Positions 1-12,917 of a stretch of 64,000 nt of DNA are shown piece by piece. Position numbers and translations under genes: made by a program. Every line of letters starts with the position of its first letter. The first letter of the stretch is position 1. Below the pieces are notes generated by a model that searched no databases, was not told the DNA's origin, and was given only the letters and a program-made list of their open reading frames with translations. Source of the DNA: Octopus vulgaris (taxonomy: Eukaryota); the NCBI GenBank assembly GCA_951406725.2, contig OX597830.1, positions 15,872,001-15,936,000 on the forward strand. The letters are read 5' to 3'.

Positions 1-99
1 TCGCAAACGTCGCGTCAAATGCAAAGGCTCTGGACTTAAATAGCTCTCCAACAGCAGACAAGTTTCGCGACCCCCAAGATTTTCTCACTGAATAGCAAA

Positions 100-420
100 G
101 GACAAAGTAATGTACGTATGCCTCGAGAAAATAGCGAGGGTCTTTTCTGAGCCTAGTAAAAAGGAAATGAGAGTGGCACTAGCCAATAAATGGGATAGAA
201 TTTTGTCTATCGAACGAGGTAAAATGTACGATACTGTCTATCTGTTTTTCGTGAGTGAAGACGAAGCAAAGAGACAGGCTGAGGGGATGAGATCCTTATC
301 TGCCCATAAACTTATACGACAGTACATGTGTCAACGTAACACAAGTGTAACATTTAGGGGTACAACAGAAAAGTGTGAGAAGGAGCACAATCCCCGAAAA
401 TATATATTCGTGTGGTAGGC
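100..420 (+). mobile_element. Possible decayed LINE ORF1 fragment
   Basis: IERGKMYDTVYLFF.SEDEAK..QYMCQR..VTFRG resembles LINE ORF1 RRM-like segments. No splice context; recognition only. Confidence 0.3.
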
Positions 421-624
421 ATTGCCTGGATATACAAATAAACGAGCAAGAAATAGGGTTTGGATGTTAGAAACATACTACACAGGAATCCTAATAAAAG
501 TAGTCGGCTTTATTAAAAGAATTTCCCGAAGAAGTGCGTTGCTTATTACATCAACCCAGTCGAAAAAAATGTTAACTGGCGCTTATGTTTAAAGTCTGTG
601 CTGTCTTAATTATGGCATCTCTTA

Positions 625-795
625 TCTTTTACTTGTTTCAGCCATTAGACTGCGGCCATGCTGGGGCACCGCCTTGAGGAATTTTTAATGGAATGAATCG
701 AGCTCACATTTATTTTGTTAAGCCTGGCACTTATTCTATCAGTTTATTTTGACGAACCGCTAAGTTACAGGGACGTAAACACACCAAGACCGGTT
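625..795 (-). mobile_element. SINE family A 3' fragment
   Basis: cttttacttgtttcagcc..gcggccatgctggggcaccgcc..gaaccgctaagttac. Confidence 0.75.
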
Positions 796-1194
796 GAAGA
801 CACTCACTCAAGGTACCACACAGTTTGCCTTCCACCATGGTGTAAGAAACAAACTTTTTACAACAAAATCCACGCCTGTAACCTATGGTTGTATTTTAAT
901 TATTATGTATAATAATCAAAGGATTAGCTCTTGAATTTGGATGCAGTTATTCAAAATCATCAACTCCAGTATTTAACTGGTACTTTCTATTATCGACCCC
1001 AAAAGGATGAAAAGTAAAGTTGATTTCGGAACTCAGAGAGTAAAGACGCAGAACAAATACCGCAAAGTATTTTTCCAGCTCACTAAAGATTCTGTCGATC
1101 TACTGCTCTTACTGTAACTAACGTTGATACGAGACCTGGAATTTAAGAATATGGGATTAATCGAATACATATATGAAGCGTTGAAATAAATATC

Positions 1195-1555
1195 CGCAAG
1201 GAGTGGCTGTGTGGTAAGTAGCCTGCTAATCAACCACATGGTTCCGGGTTCAGTCCCACTGCGTGGCATCTTGGGCAAGTGTCTTCTGCTATAGCCTCGG
1301 GCCGACCAATGCCTTGTGAGTGGATTTGGTAGACGGAAACTGAAAGAAGCCCGTCGTATATATGTATATATATATGTGTGTGTGTGTGTTTGTGTTTGTC
1401 TCCCTAGCATTGCTTGACAACCGATGCTGGTGTGTTTACGTCCCCGTCACTTAGCGGTTCGGCAAAAGAGACCGATAGAATAAGTACTAGCGGTGCTCCA
1501 GCATGGCCGCAGTCAAATGACTGAAACAAGTAAAAGAGTAAAGAGTAAAGAGTAA
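1195..1555 (+). mobile_element. SINE family A (tRNA-derived head, internal microsatellite, (AAGAGTA)n tail)
   Basis: A-box gtggctgtgtggtaag, B-box gggttcagtccc, then ccttgggcaagtgtctt and gagtggatttggtagacggaaactg; at least 10 near-identical copies in the window. Confidence 0.9.
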
Positions 1556-1696
1556 GGTAGTGTCTGACGCACGAACGAATCGTTCAGATATCGAACCCAC
1601 AATCTTAGGATCCTGAGCCAAATACAAGCATGAAACTATCTAGTATCATGTATAATGCATACACAGTAACACGCTCTCATGCACGCACGAACACAG

Positions 1697-1750
<54 letters not shown>

Positions 1751-2247
1751 ACACATACAGGCTTACAGGCATTCAGGTATACGTACATAATTTCATATAC
1801 GCATGCGTACATACAGATCAGAGAAATTCATAATTAGAAAGAATCCAGTGTTAAGAACACAAAATAGAACAACAACAACAAAAAAATGACTAGATATAAA
1901 ATTATCACATGTTTTTCTTTGAAACTGGCCAACGTGTTACACCTTTCACATATTCCGAGGAAAGTAATTGAGTAAGTTAAAAACAAACGGCGTTACATAA
2001 TATGAGATAGGCTAAAATATAAACTCTAAAAATAATGAATCAATCATGTAGGAAATCTTATCAATAAAAGCCTGCCATGAAAGATCGGGTGTTCGAAAGC
2101 AGGTGATGTTCAAAGATAGAGATAAAAAGATGGAAGAAATTATCAGATAGAAAGAACGTTTACAGAGATAAGATAGTCTTCCTTCATTTATTCTTTCTTT
2201 ATTTTTTAATTTCGGCTATCTCATATATCATAGAACGTTTTTTATAA

Positions 2248-2307
<60 letters not shown>

Positions 2308-2354
2308 GTATATACATATATGTATGTATGTATGTATATATATATATATGTATA

Positions 2355-2634
2355 TATATATAAAATATTAGAAAAAAACAAAACAACTTTTATCAATTCA
2401 AAATGAATAATTAAATTGCACCATCTAGAAAATTACATATAATAGAACTTTTAACTTTTCTATTATATGTAATTTTCTAGATGGTGTAATTTAATTATTC
2501 ATTTTGAATTGATAAAAGGTGTTTTTTTCCCTAATATTTTATATATATATTATAATGTGTGGAATTTGATTTAGTATTTCTAAATTGAATTCTTTTTCCT
2601 TGTAAGTTTGGATTTTATTCCCTCAAACAATAAT

Positions 2635-2640
<6 letters not shown>
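2355..2640. repeat. (TA)n-flanked AT-rich foldback element
   Basis: ~90-bp inverted arms (cttttatcaattcaaaatgaataattaaattgcaccatctagaaaattac / reverse) plus an 85-bp extension; same family as 63187-63552. Confidence 0.75.
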
Positions 2641-2711
<71 letters not shown>

Positions 2712-2717
2712 TATATA

Positions 2718-3607
2718 TTGAGTCATCCCATAAATAATGCGGTTTTTTCAATTGCTTGAACTAAAAGTTGAAGGACGGGATAAACTACCTGCATGAACTT
2801 GCTATAAGAGCAGGTAGTAATTTTATCTTGTGCTTATTCTTGGTGCAAGTTTTGAAGAGTGCAGTTCGATTTTAACAGTTATTTTTTCAGAGCTATAATG
2901 GAAGTGACAAAGGAGCATATTTGGCTTATTTTGCTTTATGAGTTCAATAAAGGCAACAACCGAATGGAAAGTGCGAGGAATATTAATGCAGTATATGGGG
3001 ATCGGACAATAAGTGTAAGCCAGTGTCAACAGTGGTTTCAGTAATTCCAAGCCGGAAACTACTACAGACTAGAAGACGAGCTCCACCCTGGAAGATCTGT
3101 AGAGCTCGACGAGGACATCCTGCAAACCCTGGTGGAACAAAAGCCCATCGTAACTAGCAGAGAGGCTTGGATCTGGTCATTCAACCAGTCATTCAAGCCA
3201 GCGCTAGAAGAAAAACGACCATCTTTGGTTTCAAGATGAAGGGTGTTCTTCCACCAGGATACAGTGAGTATGATATTACAAAGGCTGCAGCAGTTTGAAT
3301 GAGAAACGAAGCCCCAACCACCATATTTGCCGGACATTGCCCCATCTGATTATCACTTATTCCACAATCTTCAGAATCATGTGGATCAATATGAATTCTG
3401 TAGACGAGGTCAGAGCAGTACTGGAGGAGTACTTTTCGTCACGGACAAGTGAATTTTGGAAGTGGGGCCTTGCAAGTCTACCGGATAGATGGAAGAGCAT
3501 TGTAGAAAATGAAGGAGAATACATTTTAGATTAAAGAAAGAACTTTATCTTAATTTTGAAAAATAAACGACGCATAAAAAAACCCCATTACTTATGGGAT
3601 GATCCAA
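2718..3607 (+). mobile_element. Mariner DNA transposon, internally deleted and decayed
   Basis: ~30-bp TIRs ttgagtcatcccataaataatgcggttttt / aaaaaccccattacttatgggatgatccaa, with TA on both sides. Transposase remnants EHIWLILLYEF..ARNINAVYG..WF, FFHQD and PPYLPDIAPSDYHLF. Confidence 0.9.
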
Positions 3608-3639
3608 TATATATATATAATGTATATATATGTATATAT

Positions 3640-4790
3640 ATAGCTATATTAAATCTCTGAGTGAGAGGTAAACAGTAACAGTATGGAATCGTAAAGGTAG
3701 TGGTCCCATAGAGGACGATGTTACTGTTGTTTTTAACCATAGGAAAACATCTCCTCCAGTTGGCTAACGACACACTCTCTCTGTCCGATTAGTATTTGCA
3801 AGGGGAGGTCATCGCTCCCATCTCTAGCCTTAAATGGTACACATAGACCCGTTTTTTTTTGTTTTTTTTTTGTAGTTACCCGTCTTCCGTGTGTGGTAAT
3901 CACGAGCTAGTGATGAAAACTTATTCCACTCGCAAAATACTATATGCTTTTTCCGGCGACAAACTGAAACTGATCTCGAAAAAGGAGATATAAGCTATAT
4001 TAGATCTCTAAGCGAAAGGTAAACCGGATACAGTTTATCGCTGGAAAAAGAATATGGTATATTGTGAGTGGAATGAGTTTTCTTCACTATCTGGTGATGA
4101 AACTACTCAGAAACCCGAGTCTGTGTGTATCACGTAAGGCTGGAGATGAGAGCGATGATCTCCTCTCGCAAATACTAATCGGATACAGACAGTGTGTCGT
4201 TAGCCAGCTGGAGGAGATGTCTTCCTGGGGCTAAAAACAACAGTAATATCGTCCTCTATTGAAAGAGGTATCAATTACGAGCTCCAGGTAAGGAAGGAGG
4301 GCACATGTGAATGATGTCTATTTGATGTTGAAGAAATCGTTTCGAGAGGCTTCGAGCCTCTTGCTTAAGCATGACAAGGCAATAGCGTTTCCATTGTCCC
4401 TACACCTGAAGGAGTGCATGTGTTGTGTGTATCTTTTCTAAAAGTCATTGGATGTCATGTTAGTGTGCTATCTCGTGATATCATCGGTTAATGTGAGGAA
4501 AACCCTATAGGTTACAGACTTTGAAAGACAAGACACTCCCAACGGGCAAGTAGTAGAATTTCAAAAGTTACATGCTGGAGTGTCGGGATCAGTTTGTATG
4601 CCTACGGTTGGCTTCTGTTTTAAAATTGACGATATAGTATTTGAAGTGTTTCGTGATAGTTATGGTATGTAGGGAAATGCTTTCAAATTAGCGTCAAGAA
4701 GCTCTTAGCTTTATTATTGGAAGCATCTAGTTTGCATAGAGGATTAGATCAGATTACCTTTCTATTCGGAACTCTCTTTTAGATTTAGAG
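3640..4790 (-). mobile_element. Penelope-like element remnant: decayed GIY-YIG endonuclease plus inverted pseudo-LTR
   Basis: Minus-strand translation with stops: RKVI*SNPL..KSFLTLI*KHFP, CNF*NSTTCPLGVSCLSKSVTY, TNMTSNDF*KRYTQHMHSFR. Inverted repeat ~3708-3966 vs ~4031-4258; adjoins (TA)n. Confidence 0.8.
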
Positions 4791-5205
4791 GTGTGAATTC
4801 CTTCATACCGACCAACTCATATGTAATGCGACACAATCAAATCCGTTTCCATCTCTACTGATGTCTCACAGAATGTTGACTAATTGACGTCAATATCTTG
4901 TCTACTCTAACAAGTCTGGTTTCCAGTGAAAGAACTGATGTCTCTAAGATTGCTAAACAACACTCTGTCACCCGAACTAACCAATAGAAGTCTAAATGCA
5001 GTCACCAAGAAATATTTTGGATTTAAAAAAAATTCTTTTTACAGTGACTACGAACATCAGGTGTATAGACGTGTACTGGACCCACAAATCTTTAATTAAT
5101 GTAGAGCTGAGTCAAACTGCTATATTTACATACATACATACATGCATACATACATACATACAGATACACACACGCACACGCACACACACATACACACACA
5201 CACAT

Positions 5206-5236
<31 letters not shown>

Positions 5237-5520
5237 CACACATATATATAAGGATTCCTGAAAGAATCTGGTACTTAAAGAATATGCACCAAGTAGGATT
5301 GGATTAACTTGTCGTCGCCGTCTGTGGTCGATTAAGTATCCAGTAGAATGAACAGGTTGTGCACACAGAGAAAACCACTGGTACGAGTATTTAGTGGCTA
5401 GGGGTTGGTCCAAAGCACACGTTGTGTTGATCATAGGTTGTTTGGTATACTTTATTAAAAATGCGTAAGAATCAGCTGCAGTGAACTGACCTTTGTCCAT
5501 CGTCTGTTATTATTCATTTG

Positions 5521-5552
<32 letters not shown>

Positions 5553-5557
<5 letters not shown>

Positions 5558-6148
5558 GTGAGAGGGTGAGAAAATTGGATACTAATTTAATAGTACATCC
5601 ATTTAACACCAAGTAGCTTAGTGCATAAAAACCAGGAATACAATAAATTTCATACGTAAATATAAGAGAGTAACCACTATGTGGTCGACTCTAGCACTAA
5701 AAATAGATCCGCTAGGTTTCAGCCACGAAGAATTGTTTCCGATGAAAGTTAGCACGACTACTAGCGTAAACGAACAGGGCAAATAAAAATAACAAAAATG
5801 CAGATTAGTTCAGGACAATTGTTTCGCTATTAATAAATTATGTAATTTTACTCACATAACATATTTGTAGCTCCTCAGCCGAACCCGTCCAGAATACAAT
5901 TTACTCAACCGCACGCCAGATTTTACCATAATGATAAACACACGTACGGTTCAGTCGATTGCATTCGCTGTTATAATTCAAGTGCCCTCGCCACAGCCCG
6001 CAAAAATTCACGGAAACAAATACTACATCAAAAATTAAATGTAGTATAATTACAATCAACTAATAAGGGTGAGAAAATTGGATACTAATTTAATAGTACA
6101 TCCATTTAACACCAAGTGGCTAGTGCATAAAAACCAGGAATACAATAA

Positions 6149-6155
<7 letters not shown>
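5553..6155 (-). mobile_element. (TA)n-flanked ~1.2-mer of a ~502-bp unit (Penelope pseudo-LTR / retrozyme-like) with a hammerhead motif
   Basis: ~90-bp direct repeat at 5563-5654 and 6066-6155, (TA)n on both sides, hammerhead core inside. Confidence 0.75.
5808..5884 (-). ncRNA. Minimal type I hammerhead ribozyme
   Basis: Minus strand reads GUUCGG-CUGAGGA-GCUA...UAGC-GAAA-C AAUU G-UC|-CUGAAC. Stem I is 6 bp, stem II closes GCUA/UAGC, stem/loop III is the palindrome CAAUUG, and the cleavage triplet is GUC. Confidence 0.85.
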
Positions 6156-6210
<55 letters not shown>

Positions 6211-6295
6211 AGCTTAGATTTGTATCCTTGAGAACTCTGAACACGCACTGAACAATGGACCCTGATAACTCATTCTAAAATCAAAATACGTTGTC

Positions 6296-6811
<516 letters not shown>

Positions 6812-6893
6812 GTAATAGTGTATGCATATTTCCGAGTTTCACCGATACTGGCCTCGCGAAACAGACGAAACTACAAAGTAGGCAGTCATCAAC

Positions 6894-6933
<40 letters not shown>

Positions 6934-7581
6934 CATATTGATGGAGTCATAAGAGCATCGGATAATTGCGTCAAGGATATATTTGCCTTTCATCTTTCGA
7001 AGTCGATAACAAAACGTAGCAATCCAAGGAGACAGATAAGTGGAACTGGAGGGGCTGCTTTGCAGTATCACCTCCGGCCCTTAGCTGTTCAGAATAAACT
7101 TTCTAAAGTGGTTGAACGACTTGTCAGAAGTAGTAGCTGAATCACTCTCAAACCACACTTTGCTGTCTTAAACAACACAAAACATACTGTGCAATTTAGC
7201 CCTAGGTATACTCTGTCTGAAAACCAGATAGTCACGTCGATGTCTTTGATCGTAGGTCGACTAGATCAGGGCAGATGTTGAGTAAACAACAACTTACTAT
7301 TTGTTTATAAAAATGTTTTTTGTCTTGTTGGCAAAACCTGAAATAAAGGGCGCTGGTTCCGATTTGCAATCCCATCAAACACTTTCACTTTTCATTTCAA
7401 CGATTTCGTGTTTTATTCTTCGACTTTAACTTATCTTTGATCTTTCACATAAATATTTCAAAGTCTAAATATTTAAAAGTTGTTTCACTATTTTGTTTAC
7501 TTCAACATTTAAGAAAAATACAGGGATAGGCAAAAGTAGGTATACAGTTGCTTAATTATGAATGAAATGTTCTTTTCATTT

Positions 7582-7992
7582 ACTCTTTTACTCTTTTACT
7601 TGTTTCAGTCATTTGACTGCGGCCATGCTGGAGCACCGCCTTTAGTCGAGCAAATCGACCCCGGGACTTATTCTTTGTAAACCCAGTACTTATTCTATCG
7701 GTCTCTTTTGCCGAACCGCTAGGTGACGGGGACGTAAACACACCAGCATCGGTTGTCAAGCAATGCTAGGGGGACAAACACAGACACACAAACATACACA
7801 CACACTTATATATATATATACATATATACGACAGGCTTCTTTCAGTTTCCGTCTACCAAATCCACTCACAAGGTATTGGTCGGCCCGGGGCTATGACAGA
7901 AGACACTTACCCAAGATGCCACGCAGTGGGACTGAACCCGGAACCATGTGGTTGGTTAGCAAGCTACTTACCACACAGCCACTCCTGTGCCT
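7582..7992 (-). mobile_element. SINE family A
   Basis: Full-length reverse copy nested in the Tc1/mariner element. Confidence 0.9.
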
Positions 7993-8406
7993 ATTTCTCT
8001 TTTTTTTTTTTTATTAAACCTAAACGATTCATAAGTTGACAAAGGGTTCATTGGAAGCCCCTTCCTTTTTCATTTCTGGGGACTTTCAGTGAATGCCTGA
8101 GCCACAAGCATTTCATTTTCTTCAGTAGGGACACTGACCGGAAACCAGTTTTCTGCGGATTGCAGATGAACCCAGTCTGGTCAAATTTGTCACGTATTCC
8201 GTAAACCGTTAATCTCGACAGAGCTGGTCTTTGAAATTCTTCAGTCCAGTTCTGTCTAACCATTTCTGCATTTTCTATTTTCCAGTGCTGCTTGCTGATC
8301 CACTTTTCTTCATCTTTCGTCAAATTTCCAGGCATACACTATTAGAAATTAGGAATAATTATTTTATTATAGAAAGAATTAATTAAAAAGAACATAGAAT
8401 GATAGA

Positions 8407-8548
8407 ATTGTTGTATTTAGGAATGGTAATTTTGCCGGTTTAGCCAATAAAAACACACGCACTGTATATTTGGTGTTACTTTGCTTCAGCGTTATTCATT
8501 TTTTACATTAATTTTAATCTTATTTCGGCCATTCCTAAATACAACAAT
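8407..8548. mobile_element. MITE with 20-bp perfect TIRs
   Basis: attgttgtatttaggaatgg ... ccattcctaaatacaacaat. Confidence 0.7.
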
Positions 8549-9475
8549 ATCTGTTTCAACACACGATTTCACATAAAAAAATCTTACAAAGCAAATATAT
8601 AAACGTAATGATAGAATTCTTATCCTAAATAGAAATAGATAAATGAAAAGGACATTTCACTTATATTTAGCAATTGTACACCTACTTTTGCCTAGCTCTG
8701 TATTAAAGAAAAAAAATAGCATTGGTCAGACAGTAAAGCTATACTCATCACTACGTCAATCCGTTTTCTTTATTCAGACATCTTGGGCTGCATTATTCAA
8801 TACGTAATTTCGTTTTTATGATGGTAGCATGTAATTTGGCTGCCGTTTCTAACAGGTTGCCTGACCACGCAGAAGCTCTGTAAGTTGTTATAAGTTGATA
8901 TAAAGAGAAAATATAAAAAGCGCTAAAGATGAAAAAAAAAGGAAAAAGAAATTAAAAGCAGAAATGTAAAAATGCGAACTTGTTAGACGTCAAACGAAAG
9001 GTGAATCTTTTATGTGAGATGTGAATCTGGACGAAGTCCAAATAAAGTTCAAATATTCTTTCCCTAGAACAGAGATATTCATCGACAAACACACACACTC
9101 ACACACACACACACACACACATACACACACACTCTCTCTCTCTCTCTCTCTCGCTCTCTATCTCTTTGCTAAATGTGCTACAAATATTATGAAGCAATAA
9201 AAACTAACTTACATCCAGTGGTAGTAAATAACGCTTCCTGCATTCACAGACACGTCTGACTCAGTCGTTTCTCAATAAATAATAATTTCTCAGGTTGATG
9301 CACAGTAATAAATTTGTGGTTGAACAACGGCCGATTACGTCATCGCCAGCATCCGACTGGTACATATCGACCCGAGATTTGACCACAGTGGGGTTTGAAC
9401 GCTGGGCTACAATTTATGGGGTTTAGTCAACTGAATCTACACCAGGTACGTTTTTATAACGACCTCACCACCAAC

Positions 9476-9735
9476 CCGTGACCACGTGCTATCTATCAGA
9501 TATTGTTATACATCGCTGGTCACAATGCTCTTTTGCATTGATGTAGCCCCCAAATGACGCCGCCCCGCTGGCTAGGCGAGTAGGCCTACAATCCCCACTG
9601 ATCGAAGGAGGACTGGAGCAGTGTAAAATGAAGTGTTTTGCACAAGAACACAACACGGCACCTAGTCATGAAATCGAACCCACGGTCAAGCGAGCGTGAG
9701 TGCAACAGCTTAACCACTAGGCCACGCGCCTTCAC
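9476..9735 (-). mobile_element. SINE head E (tRNA + CORE-like) with tail type 4
   Basis: Head gtgaaggcgcgtggcctagtggtt..gggttcgatt..gttgtgttcttgtgcaaaacactt; tail homologous to 57420-57525. Confidence 0.75.
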
Positions 9736-10088
9736 AGGAGTGAAGAAGCAAACTTGGCCTCAGAGGGATTAGAGCTTAAAACTTAAAGACAAGTAACTAA
9801 AAGCCAAAAGGTATCGTGTTCTCTCTTATGTACATTCTGTTATATGCTTCCTGTTATTAATAAGAACTGTGATTTATTGCAAAGGCACAAGGCCAGGCAT
9901 TTTGTGGGAGAGTGTTAATCGTTGATATTGACGCCATTATTTGACTGGTACTAATTTTATTTACCCCAAAAGGTTTAAATGCGAAAAGGAGCGTGATGGA
10001 ATTTGAACCAACGATCTGATGATTCTGCCAGTTCCCCATCTAATAATACTAATAATAATGCTAATACTACTACTACTACTACTACTAC

Positions 10089-10157
<69 letters not shown>

Positions 10158-10177
10158 TAATAATGATGATGATGATA

Positions 10178-10215
<38 letters not shown>

Positions 10216-10217
10216 CA

Positions 10218-11019
10218 TAAATGCCCCGATGCAATACCAGACAGTGGCTCTCATGGCTCCTGATCTTAACTGATTGTAAGTGTTATCCTGTACATTGTTT
10301 TGCCATGGTATAAAAGGCGGCGAGCTGGCAGAACGTTAGCACGCCAGGCGAAATACGTAGCCGTATTTCGTTTGCCGTTACGTTCTGAGTTCAAATTCCG
10401 CCGAGATCGACTTTGCCTTCCATCCTTTCGGGGTCGATAAATTAAGAACCAGTTACGAACTGGGGTCGATGAAATCGACTTAATCCGTTTGTCTGTCCTT
10501 GTTTGTCCCCTCTGTGTTTAGCCCCTTGTGGGTAGTAAAGAAATAGGTATAAAAGATGGGCTACAACAAATATTCTGCTCAATACCACAGATTTGCTTGT
10601 CAGTTGTTTGACCGTAACTAGTTGAGCATATCCCTTAGTGGCTGATGATATGTGCATCTCTGACCATGAGCAGAAGTAGTGGGGGAGCATCATAGCCATG
10701 TGTTGAAAGGAATTCTTAGAGGTTTAGATAATTCACCTTTGGAAACATGGGAGGTTCGTTCAACATCCTTAAACAACCCTTATTCAGGGACCTTTTGAGC
10801 GGGAAGGGTTACTCGACCAGAAGAAAATTCTAACTGGGCCCCACCTGCAAAGTTATGCGCTGTTTATCTTGATATGAGATCACCATGTCGCGCACGTATG
10901 ATTGTGATGCATGTGCCTAGTGTACCCTTATCAGACGGGTAGTCATGAAGGGTATACTGGGCTTCGTATATTTTACCCCAGTGTCACTTTAATGGCATGC
11001 ACTGCTCTCTCTCTCTGTC
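10218..11019 (+). mobile_element. ~550-bp non-coding (TAA)n-embedded element (family D), containing a nested SINE B
   Basis: Homologous to 32988-33536 and 33617-34142, with (AAT)n on both sides. Confidence 0.85.
10317..10545 (+). mobile_element. SINE family B (tRNA-like head; central domain gcctttcatcctttcggggtcgataaa, MetaSINE-like), with 10-bp TSD
   Basis: A-box gagctggcagaa, B-box gagttcaaattcc; TSD ggtataaaag at 10307-10316 and 10546-10555. Confidence 0.88.
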
Positions 11020-11074
<55 letters not shown>

Positions 11075-11075
<1 letters not shown>

Positions 11076-11188
11076 GCACATGGAACAAATAGGGGCTGCA
11101 ACAAGGGTGGAGCACTTGCAGAAACAGCACTGCTTGGAACTGCTCGAATACTCCGGAAGGTGCTCGAAAAATAAGAGGTGTTACCTTA
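11075..11188 (+). mobile_element. Short R4/Dong C-terminal fragment after (TAA)n
   Basis: Translates as ...EHLQK/TALLGTARILRKVLEK*. Confidence 0.75.
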
Positions 11189-11202
11189 AAAAAAAAAAGA
11201 AA

Positions 11203-11528
11203 CTGGCACTTCGTCGGTTACGACGACGAGGGTTCCAGGTGATCTGACCAACAGAACAGCTTACTCGTGAAATTAACGTGCATGTGGATGAGCACTCCGC
11301 AGACACGTGTACCATTAACATAGCTCTTAGGGAGATGCAGCGTGAAAAAGAATGCAACAAGGCTGGCCCTTTGAAATACAGGTACTACTCATTTTTGCCA
11401 GTTGAGTGGACTGCAGCAACCTGAAATAAAGTGTCTTGCTCAAGAGACACAACGCGTCGCTGGGAATTGAACTCACGACCTTACGATCGCGAGCTGAATA
11501 TTTTAACTACTAAGACACGCGCCTTCAC
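11203..11528 (-). mobile_element. SINE head E (tRNA + CORE-like) with tail type 3
   Basis: Head gtgaaggcgcgtg..gagttcaattccc..gttgtgtctcttgagcaagacacttt; tail homologous to 48703-48882. Confidence 0.8.
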
Positions 11529-12176
11529 ATTGCCGCCTTAATAAGATACTCTTAGTAAGATAATAATAACTGAATTACAACGAAAGACGCAACATATCTT
11601 ATAGTTACAAGCTTAAGGATCTTGATCCCTCGACTATAAAAGTCCTGAAATGTGAAGACAGGAAGGATGTTAAATATCACAGCCTCAAAGGGAGCCCTTC
11701 ACAATTGTGAGATGATTGAATAACAATGGTTGTATGCTTTCATCATCAAATGTAAAGTTCAAAAAGAAACAAAATCTTTGCAACTTAAAAGTCATTTGTT
11801 TAAAGGATCGATAATAAAGTTGAGATTGATTGCGAGCAAGCAGATGCTACAGTGAAGAAAGTTTATAGAAAGATAACAACATCTAATGGAACGTGGACAG
11901 ATTTTACTAAAATCATTGAAGTCGACGAAAACAATTAAATACTGTTTGAATGATAAGATTATGTTGTACTGACTCTTCTATCTAAGCAGCATCTTGTAGT
12001 AAGATTAGACACATCACTGTCAACAGAGAAGCCAAGTGGCTTGATTCAGCTGTTTACATGACAATTAATTTTGATGGGAATTGAAATCAATGATCTCTTC
12101 CGTTACCAATAGTCAGAATGAGAACAGGGACTGCAGATGTTACGGTAACCCTACAAAATTAACTGATTCGGAACAA

Positions 12177-12589
12177 GCGCAGGAGTGGCTGTGTGGTAAG
12201 TAGCTTGCTAACCAACCACATGGTTCCGGGTTCAGTCCCACTGCGTGGCACCTTGGGCAAGTGTCTTCTGCTATAGCCTCGGGCCGACCAAAGCCTTGTG
12301 AGTGGATTTGGTAGACGGAAACTGAAAGAAGCCTGTCGTATATATGTATATATATATATGTATGTGTGTGTATATGTTTGTGTGTCTGTGTTTGCCTCGC
12401 TAGCATTGCTTGACAACCGATGCTGGTGTGTTTACGTCACCGTCACTTAGCGGTTCGGCAAAAGACACCGATAGAATAAGTACTGGGCTTACAAAGAATA
12501 AGTCCCAGGGTCGATTTGCTGGACCAAAGGCGGTGCTCCAGCATGGCCGCAGTCAAATGACTGAAACAAGTAAAAGAGTAAAAGAGTAA
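12177..12589 (+). mobile_element. SINE family A
   Basis: Full-length copy. Confidence 0.9.
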
Positions 12590-12917
12590 GCACTGTTTAA
12601 ATCCCATTCTGCATTGCTTGCTAAAGAAGGCCACATCTAAGTTTATGCTGTACTTTGCCTTGTGTTCAACAGTCGAGTAATTATGATTGTTGTTTCTATG
12701 CAATTGTGAATGCCATCAAATTTCTGACGGAGAATTGTAATTTAACGGTCTAATATTCAGTAAGAGAATTTCTTTAAAAAATTAAGCTGGTGTTTTTGCC
12801 GTTTCTCAAATCATTAAAGCGCAGTTGAGGAAAGCAACCTTGCACAAAAACAACTGACAGTTATAGGGTAATAAAAATAACAAATGCAACAATTGCAACA
12901 ACAACAACAACAACAAC

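Larger units (their letters stand above)
7521..8700 (-). mobile_element. Tc1/mariner-superfamily non-autonomous element with a transposase N-terminal (HTH) fragment; hosts a SINE A and a MITE
   Basis: ~60-bp TIRs cagggataggcaaaagtaggtatacagttgc.. / ..gcaattgtacacctacttttgcctagctctg with TA flanks. ORF 8048-8335 contains PALSRLTVYGIRDKFDQTG. Confidence 0.8.

Noticed and set aside
1033-1410. Recurrent ORFs containing RASFSFRLPNPLTR..GTEPGTMWL
   Set aside because: Antisense translations of SINE family A, not a protein family.
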